DNA from: a virus
Taxonomy: Duplodnaviria; Caudoviricetes
Strand: one strand, 5' to 3'
Virus record (IMG/VR): IMGVR_UViG_3300037046_000301
Coordinates: 1 to 45,740 of that record
DNA: 45,740 nucleotides
Part shown: positions 37,397 to 45,740 of the stretch, in pieces
Position numbering within the stretch: position 1 is the first letter of the stretch
How the letters are laid out: each line of letters begins with the position of its first letter
Translations under genes and position numbers: made by a program
The notes under the pieces: model-generated
What the model saw: only the letters and a program-made list of their open reading frames with translations
What the model was told of the DNA's origin: nothing
Database searches by the model: none

Positions 37397-37888
37397 TTAT
37401 TGAGGTGTATAGAAAGCAGGAAGAGCTAAAGAAAATGGTGATCTCTCTCTGAGTTTACGCGTAAAAGCAATGGTATAGCCATTTAATTTTGATTCAATAT
37501 TCCCGGAATCGAGTTCTGCGGAAACGTGCATCGGCTCTGTGGGGGTTCCGATAACCTTAAACTGACCGTTGTTATCAAGAAAAACAACAATGTATTTTGT
37601 GAATTCCAAAGTGTTTATGAATTCCTGAAGTTCAATTCTGTCCTTTGGTACAACGAATTCAAGTTTGGTATCATAATAATCCCCGGTATCAGAAAATTTA
37701 AGCTCCTGACTGAATTTGATGGAGTCCTGGATCACATACAAAGGTGTAAGATCAGTCCCGGTATAGACACTGAAGGCGTGTATTTCGGAATTGAAAATTT
37801 TGGCAAAATTATAGATGGATGAAACCATTATCGGATAGATTTTCTGGATGCCACCCATGTTGTCGGTTTGTGCAGTGTAATTACTCAT
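37397..37888 (-). CDS. Hypothetical phage protein, paralog-like to 33960-34685
   Basis: DNMGG and DNNGQFKVIGTPTEP motifs. Confidence 0.6.
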   Translation of the reverse strand: MSNYTAQTDNMGGIQKIYPIMVSSIYNFAKIFNSEIHAFSVYTGTDLTPLYVIQDSIKFSQELKFSDTGDYYDTKLEFVVPKDRIELQEFINTLEFTKYIVVFLDNNGQFKVIGTPTEPMHVSAELDSGNIESKLNGYTIAFTRKLRERSPFSLALPAFYTPQ

Positions 37889-37898
37889 TTTTTAGGCT

Positions 37899-38435
37899 TT
37901 AGTGCAATAGTATGATTTCAGACATTTGCTCCACAAATATTTCTTTGTGAGCGTCCATTAAATTTTGCATTGTTTCATAATTAAAATATCGGTTATTGCG
38001 GTAAAAATCCTTTTTGATTGTTTCATAAGGAAAGCAATCTTCATCGAAATTATAGTAATCCCGAAAGGATTTTATGGAATCAGAAATTGAAATTCCGTAT
38101 GACTGCTGGAAAGCGATAAAGTTTCTCATCGCTAATTTTATTTTAGCTTCCACCCTGGAATTCATTCGAAGCATGTCTGTTTTAGAAATATACCATCCAT
38201 AATGGTAAAAGTCATTATTTGAAATAACAAAGCGGGTTTCGACTTCAAAGGAATGGTTATGAATCCGTTTTTCATATTTATAGCAGGGTTTCCGTAAAGA
38301 GTCCAGCATTAAATATCTCAATTCACGCCCTCTCCCACTTTCATGATAAAGATTGACAGGATCACCAAATAAATTAGTCAGGTGTTTGCTGACGTAGGAT
38401 TTTAGATAGATGCCAACGGTGAAATCATTTTGCAT
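37899..38435 (-). CDS. Hypothetical protein, candidate transcription regulator
   Basis: 178 aa with C-terminal HTH-like segment (ISISDSIKSF..YETIKKDFYR); position before late genes. Confidence 0.45.
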   Translation of the reverse strand: MQNDFTVGIYLKSYVSKHLTNLFGDPVNLYHESGRGRELRYLMLDSLRKPCYKYEKRIHNHSFEVETRFVISNNDFYHYGWYISKTDMLRMNSRVEAKIKLAMRNFIAFQQSYGISISDSIKSFRDYYNFDEDCFPYETIKKDFYRNNRYFNYETMQNLMDAHKEIFVEQMSEIILLH

Positions 38436-38754
38436 TCAGTAATGAATTGAGGCGTTTTTTTACGTCGAATTGATGTTTCGTATTCCTGGCTCCGGTTGTA
38501 CCCAGGCTGGTGCAGTAAAAACATTGTTTCTCAACATCAAGAAACTTCAGCGGTGTGCGATCTTTTCTCCTGGCGCCCTGATTATAGCGTGTGACGTTAT
38601 CATTGTTAATTACCTTCAACCGATAGGAACTTATGGGAATTACGAAATACCTTTTTCCGGTTAATTTATGAAGTTGATTGGCTCTGTATCTGAGATAGCG
38701 AAATTGGGTATAGATAAAAAAGGTAATAAGCTGATCTGTTATCCATGTTTTCAT
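38425..38754 (-). CDS. Hypothetical basic protein
   Basis: ATG at 38754, overlaps next gene. Confidence 0.55.
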   Translation of the reverse strand: MKTWITDQLITFFIYTQFRYLRYRANQLHKLTGKRYFVIPISSYRLKVINNDNVTRYNQGARRKDRTPLKFLDVEKQCFYCTSLGTTGARNTKHQFDVKKRLNSLLNAK

Positions 38755-38889
38755 GGGCAGTAAAATTAACATAATTTCAATACCAGTTTAATTATTGAAC
38801 AAATATTTCATATTATGGACTTTTTTAAAATATTTTGATCTTAAAATCCCATCCGCCTTCGCGTAAAATTTTGGAATTTCAGCCTGATT

Positions 38890-39170
38890 TTGTAACCGGA
38901 TAGTTAAATAAATGAATGATAGATAATTATGAAGTTACAAAAAATAATATGAATTTGTAACTGAGGGCTAAAATGGTCTATATCAGTGGTTACATTTTTA
39001 GCACGATTTCGATGAAAATTGTAACCGGAGCAAAAAAAGGAAGAAATAAGACTAAAAAAAATGAATTAATCTTAAAAGTTACAAAATCAATATTAATTTG
39101 TAACCAGTTTTGTAACCAATTTAACTTATTCATCTTGCACGTTTTAGAGTACTTTGGTTACAGGTTACAA
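38890..39170. repeat. Cluster of 10 TGTAAC repeats, putative replication origin
   Basis: 5 forward and 5 reverse copies in 281 bp of AT-rich intergenic DNA. Confidence 0.65.
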
Positions 39171-39908
39171 AATTATCAGTGAATTCTGTACTGGGGTTGG
39201 GGGTAAAAAAACTTAAGGAGGTCAAAATTTGAACTAAAATGAGAAAAGAGAGAGTTGGAATAAATTTTGCAAAGGGCAAAATTTATGGTCATTAAACCAG
39301 TTTCGCCAGGGCTTGGATTTTGAATGATCCTGGATAAAAGGAATATGTAAGTATGGAAAAATCCCTGTGGCATCCACAGGGATTTAAAATGAGAAATTAA
39401 ACAAACTACTAACTGCTTTTTATCTATTTTTGAATTGCTGAGGTTTGAGAAATTATTATAGAATAATGTATTTTTGAAAAATAATGATAGCAATCGTACA
39501 AATACAACCAAATTGGGGTGCAATAGTATGATTATGTCATACATATAAACAAGTTACCAAAAAGGCGAAGAAAAGACAGCAATATCGAAAATGATAGAGG
39601 TAATGATTTGAGAATGAAAAAAAATGACATAAAAGGAAAAAGATTTAGTTTTTTGCCGACCCGCAAGAAAGAAATGCAAAAAGCCAACCCACAATTGGCA
39701 CATTGCCTTTTGCCCACACACAAGCCGACGCTTCGCAAAAGTCAAAGAGCCAAATTTTACCTACACCATCTAAATGAACTGAACAGATGAATACATAAGT
39801 TTAATCTAAAATACTGAAGCTTTAACCATGGTTACAGTTCCAAGCTTCTTTTATAAAAAAAAATTACCGCTTTCGGACACTGGTGCGGCAACTTAAAATC
39901 TTAAAAAA

Positions 39909-41510
39909 ATGAAAAGATTTTTTACAATTTTCGGTTTGCTCACCTTAATTGGTTGGAGCGGAGTTTCTAATGCACAAAACCTCATTGTTTCTTATCCCTT
40001 TAGCGGCAATGCGAATGATGTTAGTGGAAACAATCTAAATGGTACTGTTACAAATGCAGTATTATCAACTGACAGATATGGAAATGCTAACAGTGCATAT
40101 TATTTTGATGGCACTTCGGCATTAATTACCATACCTCATAATACAATCCTTAATGCTTTTCCCTTAACCATCAATGTTTGGTTTAAAACAAATACATCAG
40201 GCGGTGGTGGCGGCAGTATAGTTAACAAATACCAGAATGGAAGTCTTAATGGATACAATTTAAGTTTACTTGCATCTAATGGTCACTATAAAACTCAATA
40301 TTATTATAATGGTTCTAATAATGTTACTGGCGAAACAACGACTACTTATAATGATAACCAATGGCATATGGCTACTGCTGTTTATAGTAATTCTGATTTA
40401 AAAATGTACATTGATAATTCACTAGTGAAAACTGTGAGTTGGACAGGAACACCACAAGCTACTACAACTACAAGAGACTTATTAATCGGCAAGTTAGATG
40501 AAGCTGTAAATTATTTTTATCAGGGTTATATTGATGATATCAGTCTTTATAATAGTGCTTTAACTTTGTCACAGATTGACTCGCTTTATATTATTATACC
40601 TAATACAAATTGCCTTATTGCGTCTTATCCCTTTAATGGTAATGCAAATGATGTGAGCGGTAATAATCTTAATGGTACTGTTGCAAATGCTGTAATATCA
40701 ACTGACAGATTTGGAAATGCTAATAGTGCATATTATTTTAATGGCTCAACTGCATTAATTACAGTTCCTCATAATGCAATTCTTAATACTTTTCCATTAT
40801 CTATCAATGTTTGGTTTAAAACAAATACATCAGGCGGTGGTGGCGGTAGTATAGTTAATAAATACCAGAATGGAAGTCTTAATGGATACAATTTAAGTTT
40901 ACTTGCATCTAATGGTCACTATAAAACTCAATATTATTATAATGGTTCTAATAATGTTACTGGCGAAACGACAACAACATATAATGATAATCAATGGCAT
41001 ATGGCTACCGCCGTTTATAGCAGTTCTGACTTAAAAATGTACATTGATAATGTCCTCGTTAATACTGTAAATTGGACTGGAACACCCCAAGCAACTACAA
41101 CTACAAGAGATCTATTGTTTGGCAAATTAGATGATGCAACTAATTATTATTATCAAGGTTATATTGATGATATTTCACTTTATGATTGTGCATTGTCAAC
41201 AATTGATATTGATTCATTATTCAACATCACAGTGACAGGGATCAATCAAAATTTCCCTCAAAATTCAATATCAATTTATCCAAATCCAACTAATTCTATT
41301 ATTAATATTGATTTTGGTAATGAGATGTCAAAAACAAACTATTCGATTATTATGGAAAACACACTTGGACAAGTTGTTTTTCAAACTTTGACAAATCAAC
41401 AAAATTTTCAAGTTGATGTAAATTCTTTTAGCCGAAAAGGAATTTACTTTGTAAAAATCATTAATAATACAAGTAATGCAATTACAACAAAAAAAATAAT
41501 ATTAAACTAA
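39909..41510 (+). CDS. Secreted tandem LamG-like jellyroll protein with T9SS type A sorting domain
   Basis: Signal peptide, two YPFxGNAND..DRxGNANSAYYF..GYIDDI repeats, ISIYPNPT..GIYFVKI..KKIILN C-terminal domain. Confidence 0.9.
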   Translation: MKRFFTIFGLLTLIGWSGVSNAQNLIVSYPFSGNANDVSGNNLNGTVTNAVLSTDRYGNANSAYYFDGTSALITIPHNTILNAFPLTINVWFKTNTSGGGGGSIVNKYQNGSLNGYNLSLLASNGHYKTQYYYNGSNNVTGETTTTYNDNQWHMATAVYSNSDLKMYIDNSLVKTVSWTGTPQATTTTRDLLIGKLDEAVNYFYQGYIDDISLYNSALTLSQIDSLYIIIPNTNCLIASYPFNGNANDVSGNNLNGTVANAVISTDRFGNANSAYYFNGSTALITVPHNAILNTFPLSINVWFKTNTSGGGGGSIVNKYQNGSLNGYNLSLLASNGHYKTQYYYNGSNNVTGETTTTYNDNQWHMATAVYSSSDLKMYIDNVLVNTVNWTGTPQATTTTRDLLFGKLDDATNYYYQGYIDDISLYDCALSTIDIDSLFNITVTGINQNFPQNSISIYPNPTNSIINIDFGNEMSKTNYSIIMENTLGQVVFQTLTNQQNFQVDVNSFSRKGIYFVKIINNTSNAITTKKIILN

Positions 41511-42057
41511 TAATTATGGATAATCTAAATTGGGAAGAAACCATTAAGGTGAATCGAGCAGGAAAAAAACAAAAAAGCCGAGTTGGATAAGTTTGAAGAT
41601 TGGTTAAAATCTGAATTGACAAAAACAACTACTCCTTGTGCTTTTTTAAAGGACTTTTTGGCAAAAATTTGGCTTGACAATGACATTCCAGAGCATTATA
41701 AAAGGGATATGTCAAAAATTATTGAGAAATATTTGTTTCAAAATAAATGCACATAAATCTATCACACACAGGCTGGCACATTGTCGGGTCGCTCAATGCC
41801 AACGCTAAAGTCAAAACCCGCCAAAGAGCCAGCCTGTTTTCAACGCAATTTGCCTGCAATAAAAAAACTAAATCTTTTAAGACAAAGAAAACGGAATGAC
41901 AGAATTGAAATATCTCAAACCATTGACAGACAAGAACGCCCAGTTGGTAACAACTTGCCAGAATCAATGCGGCAAAAAAAAACGTGCACAATGCTAGCCT
42001 GATGGGCATCGCAGAGAAAAGAATGGATACGTACTGCACTCTTTCTGCACCTAAACG

Positions 42058-45000
42058 TTAAAAAGGCATTTCAGTTTCAGGTTCCGGATCAGGTTCATGA
42101 ACAGTTCCGATTGAGTTCATTGGTCCATCAATTGCATGGAAAGCAGTGGAATCCCTTTTGGGAGCTGTGGAAATATAGAAAGCCTCTTTTGCTACCCCTT
42201 CTAATTTTCTTATGCCTCTCCTGGCATCAGTAGTTGTATCCCCTGTGCATTTGTCTTTTGGGTTAAATTCAAAACCCCAGTAATCGCAATAAGCAGCTAA
42301 TGATTTTTTAAACTGTGTTGCCTTGTACTTTGCTGAAGTAGCTTTAGGAAGCGTATCAATAAAAGATTGAAATGTTGCATCTTTAAAGTTATACTTGTTG
42401 TATAAACCGCCTCCTTTATCAATGGGACAATTTTCATCTGTATCCTTTTCAGTAGGATAGGTAAACCATGTATTAGCCCAGATCCAAAACTCCTCATCCC
42501 TGGTGAGACCTTTTGTCATTTCTCTTCTCAACTGACGCTTTTCAAGGTTTGACATGGGTGGCTGAATTTTAAAGAACCTCATGGAGAGCTGGATGGCATA
42601 AGCACAAATATTATAAAACTTGTTCCATTCTTCATCCGTGAAATCATCGTACAATCGTTTCCCGAATTTGGTCAATGGGGTCCTGGTTTCTTTATAATCA
42701 TTGTACTTGGTGCGCTCATGATAATAGTCCGATACACCGGCATTTAAAATTCTGGCCAGGGTGGAGCTGTCTGTATTGGCTAATTCGAAGTTGGAACTGA
42801 TCAGCATTTTGCCTGATTCGGAATAATCAAGGATCTGTTTGCTTATAAATTTACTGTTGACTTCGCGCTTGCCAGTGACCTGTGTATAAAAGAAATTAAA
42901 ATCGGCGTACTCATAAAGGTCATCAACTTCGATATTATTATGAAAGCGGGTATAACCGTCGTAAATGAATTCTGTTTTTTGGGTGATGTCCTGGCGGCGG
43001 CCACCGATGTAAAAGCTGGGGCGCACATGGGTTATGGCAGCGGAGTAAAGGCTTTTGCCGGAACGACCTGACGACTTTCCGACCTGTGATATCTTCATGT
43101 CCTGAAGGAAGGTCAGCCAGGGGCGGCCTGGGTCTTTATACAGGGAAATTTGCCATCCCAGGTTAAATAATAGATTGATGAACAGAAGGTCCTGCTCTTT
43201 CTTCTGATCATCCGAAAGCTCAATCTTTTGTTCTAACTCATCCCTCCAGTAGATCTGACTTAAATCTTTTAGGAAACGAATAAAGATAAAGTCAGGATCA
43301 TTAATTTTCAAAGTGTATTTATCGAGTTCCGCGAATTGGGCAAGCTTAAAATTGATGTTCTCACGTTCTTCTGTTGTTTTGGCTGAATCAAGACGTTCAA
43401 GAAGCTCATTATATTCTTTCGAAGGATTGATTTCAATCAGGGGCTTTTCCGTAAGGAAAGCTTTGCGGGGTATATAATGGCTGATGAGTTTATCATTGAT
43501 CTCCAGTTTCCCCAGGATAAAATTCGGTACCTGTTCATGTTTTATCCGTTCAATTTTATCCCTTGTGATCTTCAGGGAACCATTATTGAAATGAATATAC
43601 TCCGCATCTTTGGAATGGTTTTTAAAGTTCGGATTGAAGCTTGGAAGCTCCTGCAGATTCATTTCATTGATCTGATTGCTTGTATTGATTTTATTGAGCA
43701 GGGCAATCTCATCCAGAAGATTTTTTTCCCTTATCCAGTCCTTTGTAAACCGTTTGATTATCTTTTTAATCTCGTCCGGGTGGATCAGCTCCACGACTTT
43801 ACCTGTGATCCTGGCATAACAGTAACTTGCTTTCCGGTGGTATTTGGAATCCATTACCCTGAAACCGTGAGCATTTAAAAAATGATAATAATATTCGAGG
43901 TTCAGGTTATACGTCACCTTTCCTGTTTTATCATCTATGGCCTTATGCCAGAATTTCATCGGTATGGCACGGCGGCAGAGAACATCAAAATTATCTTTGG
44001 TTTCTTGCTTGTCTTTGCCGGAAAGGTTAATAAAATCTTTGGCATCTTTGCATGGATTCCCGCGCCAGTCCATCCTGTATTTAATCCATTCCGGTAAGTA
44101 GAGGGTAAAAAGACTGATATTTTTAAGAGCGAATTTATAGGCTTCGTTGCGACCGGTTTCATCCAGGTCCATGACCTGGTAATGATTTTGACACAGATCA
44201 TCGATCTCCTTCCAGGTGTCAAAATCAAGACTGGCTGTTTCCGAGTTCAGCCAGTAAACATGAAGCCCCAGGCTTGCAAGGTTTAAAGCATCACTCTCTC
44301 CTGAGCATCTGAAAATATCAACGGCAATGGCCTCTGGCTTTTCTTTTGGCGGAGTATATGGATTTATGGCATTAACATCTTGAGACTTAAATGCACGTTC
44401 ACTGGATAAAATTTGTTTTAATCCATAAACATAATCTTTGGGTTTTGTTCCTACATATAAAAACCGGTATCGTTTTTCAGGATCAAGGGGTTTGTAGATT
44501 TTTTTGAATTTACCATAATCAAAAACATAAATGGGATATGTTGGTGTAGATTTAAAGATATGGACTATATCACCGGGTTGAGCTTTTGATTTGCCTACAA
44601 ACTCATATTGTTCAACCACCCTGCAATTATATTTTTTCAGCAGTTCCGGCGTTACATACCTTCCGATTGACTGAAGGTCATTCTCAGAAGGCGTTTCTTT
44701 ATAAGTAAAATGGTATTCGCCCTTATGATCCTCCGGTGTAACTTCACGATGGGAATATTCAGCAGAATACTGTGGTTTTACAAACTGAGAAGCGCTTATT
44801 TTCTTACTCAGTATAACATCATTGATAAAGTTTACCGCATCAATGAATTGCATATTCTCCCTCCATCGGACAAAGGATATGGCAGGGAGGGAATTGATTT
44901 CTCCCTGATTGCCAAAATCAGTAATGCGCCAAAGGCCATTAAAGTAAGTTATCCTGGCCGATGCAGTTTTTTCAATATCTCTGACCTTAAGGAATGCTTT

Positions 45001-45096
45001 TGAACTGCCGTAATCGTAATTGGGAAAATAGTATTTAAAAATATCCAGCCCCTCAGTGGACGATTTGTAAATTTCTGATTGATCTACGTATTTCAT
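42058..45096 (-). CDS. Primase (TOPRIM)-helicase replication protein
   Basis: CSGESDALN and DLDETG TOPRIM motifs; Walker A GRSGKS; VDD Walker B-like. Confidence 0.75.
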   Translation of the reverse strand: MKYVDQSEIYKSSTEGLDIFKYYFPNYDYGSSKAFLKVRDIEKTASARITYFNGLWRITDFGNQGEINSLPAISFVRWRENMQFIDAVNFINDVILSKKISASQFVKPQYSAEYSHREVTPEDHKGEYHFTYKETPSENDLQSIGRYVTPELLKKYNCRVVEQYEFVGKSKAQPGDIVHIFKSTPTYPIYVFDYGKFKKIYKPLDPEKRYRFLYVGTKPKDYVYGLKQILSSERAFKSQDVNAINPYTPPKEKPEAIAVDIFRCSGESDALNLASLGLHVYWLNSETASLDFDTWKEIDDLCQNHYQVMDLDETGRNEAYKFALKNISLFTLYLPEWIKYRMDWRGNPCKDAKDFINLSGKDKQETKDNFDVLCRRAIPMKFWHKAIDDKTGKVTYNLNLEYYYHFLNAHGFRVMDSKYHRKASYCYARITGKVVELIHPDEIKKIIKRFTKDWIREKNLLDEIALLNKINTSNQINEMNLQELPSFNPNFKNHSKDAEYIHFNNGSLKITRDKIERIKHEQVPNFILGKLEINDKLISHYIPRKAFLTEKPLIEINPSKEYNELLERLDSAKTTEERENINFKLAQFAELDKYTLKINDPDFIFIRFLKDLSQIYWRDELEQKIELSDDQKKEQDLLFINLLFNLGWQISLYKDPGRPWLTFLQDMKISQVGKSSGRSGKSLYSAAITHVRPSFYIGGRRQDITQKTEFIYDGYTRFHNNIEVDDLYEYADFNFFYTQVTGKREVNSKFISKQILDYSESGKMLISSNFELANTDSSTLARILNAGVSDYYHERTKYNDYKETRTPLTKFGKRLYDDFTDEEWNKFYNICAYAIQLSMRFFKIQPPMSNLEKRQLRREMTKGLTRDEEFWIWANTWFTYPTEKDTDENCPIDKGGGLYNKYNFKDATFQSFIDTLPKATSAKYKATQFKKSLAAYCDYWGFEFNPKDKCTGDTTTDARRGIRKLEGVAKEAFYISTAPKRDSTAFHAIDGPMNSIGTVHEPDPEPETEMPF

Positions 45097-45097
45097 G

Positions 45098-45415
45098 TTA
45101 TGCCCTCTCCATCAGCCAAATTTCAAAACGGGAATCCTGAACATATAATTCGGGGAATGTCGCTATTAAATGTTTAAGAACGGGCCTGGCTTTAATTCCG
45201 AAAGCCAGTTGAAAAAGGAAATCTCCCTTATCTCCATTAACACAGGTATCCATAAAGCAATCAATAAACCTGGCTTTAGTTACTATTTTGGTCTTGGGAT
45301 CTTCAATTTCAAAAATTTTATCTTTATGCGAAAGCATGCGTTTTGAGTGCCATGTCCCATCTGATGGCTGTAAGATCGCGAAGTATTTTTGTTTGGGAAT
45401 TATGTGACTGATCAT
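45098..45415 (-). CDS. Hypothetical protein
   Basis: 105 aa directly upstream of primase. Confidence 0.6.
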   Translation of the reverse strand: MISHIIPKQKYFAILQPSDGTWHSKRMLSHKDKIFEIEDPKTKIVTKARFIDCFMDTCVNGDKGDFLFQLAFGIKARPVLKHLIATFPELYVQDSRFEIWLMERA

Positions 45416-45429
45416 AATTACTTTTTAAA

Positions 45430-45515
45430 GCGTTAAGGATTGAAACGTAAATCCCACAGGGAAACGAGGAATTGAAGTGAACGCCTGCTCACGATTACAA
45501 AGAGGGAGAACGCCC
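45430..45515 (-). repeat. Structured repeat copy 3 (Flavo-1-like)
   Basis: GGGCGTT..GCAGGCGTTCAC..GTTTCAATCCTTAACGC; GCGTT/AACGC covaries with GCATT/AATGC in the other copies. Confidence 0.5.
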
Positions 45516-45524
45516 AAATAAAAT

Positions 45525-45740
45525 TTAAAAGGTGCATTGTTCGGGTACTTCAGCAATTTCTTTAAGACGTTCAAGGTGGAATGAGCCATTAGGTTGAAAT
45601 TTTAGCAATTTGCTCAAATTTTGAACTTTTAGTTTTAAGGTGGCAGCTTCCTCATCATCACTTAGTATTTTAATTGAATTTACCTCCGGTAGTGGAAAAT
45701 CAAATAAATCAGGTTGCTTAGGTTGAATGGATTGTTTCAA
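45525..45740 (-). CDS. Hypothetical protein (5' end possibly outside window)
   Basis: ORF runs to the window edge. Confidence 0.5.
   Translation of the reverse strand: MKQSIQPKQPDLFDFPLPEVNSIKILSDDEEAATLKLKVQNLSKLLKFQPNGSFHLERLKEIAEVPEQCTF

Larger units (their letters stand above)
220..45740 (-). mobile_element. Tailed prophage of a Bacteroidota host (ends not visible in the window)
   Basis: Co-oriented minus-strand primase-helicase, S49 protease, capsid-like, terminase, portal-like and tape-measure genes; no integrase or att site seen. Confidence 0.9.

Noticed and set aside
38973-39790. Short ORFs in the origin and LamG flank region (also 41719-42039)
   Set aside because: Low-complexity, mutually overlapping ORFs with no recognisable motifs; probably spurious
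40170-40970. Diversity-generating retroelement TR/VR pair
   Set aside because: Both copies are in-frame domains of one gene, differences are mostly synonymous rather than adenine-specific, and no reverse transcriptase is present
45430-45515. Possible HDV-like/theta ribozyme (TCCTCG loop, GCAGG/CCTGT)
   Set aside because: P2 and P3 cannot be formed properly; better explained as a copy of the 3-member structured repeat

Overview
The window is most of a tailed prophage of a Bacteroidota host (Bacteroidota-type TAnnTTTG promoters, T9SS cargo gene). Its core genes lie on the minus strand. From right to left they are: primase-helicase, a repeat-rich putative origin, S49 protease, capsid, two glycosyltransferases, terminase, then about 13.5 kb of inserted cargo, then portal, tail and membrane genes, and tape measure. 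The cargo between terminase and portal has three parts: secreted FISUMP and caspase-family morons, an AT-rich defence block (BcgI-like restriction-modification, DUF262+HEPN), and an island of small genes (RadC, two ArdC-N-like proteins, others) at 23.5-27.9 kb. The island is the most striking part. It carries three long + strand foldbacks with the geometry of single-stranded-DNA (Frpo-like) promoters built on the Bacteroidota -7 box. It also carries seven copies of a covarying two-hairpin pseudoknot that ends 6 nt (once 8 nt) before the ATG of every island gene that is not translationally coupled. Other non-coding signals are a TGTCCTTT-N20-TAnnTTTG putative late-promoter motif (3 copies), a cluster of 10 TGTAAC iteron-like repeats, and three copies of a structured repeat resembling Flavo-1. 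All protein calls come from motif recognition by eye; no searches or folding programs were run.
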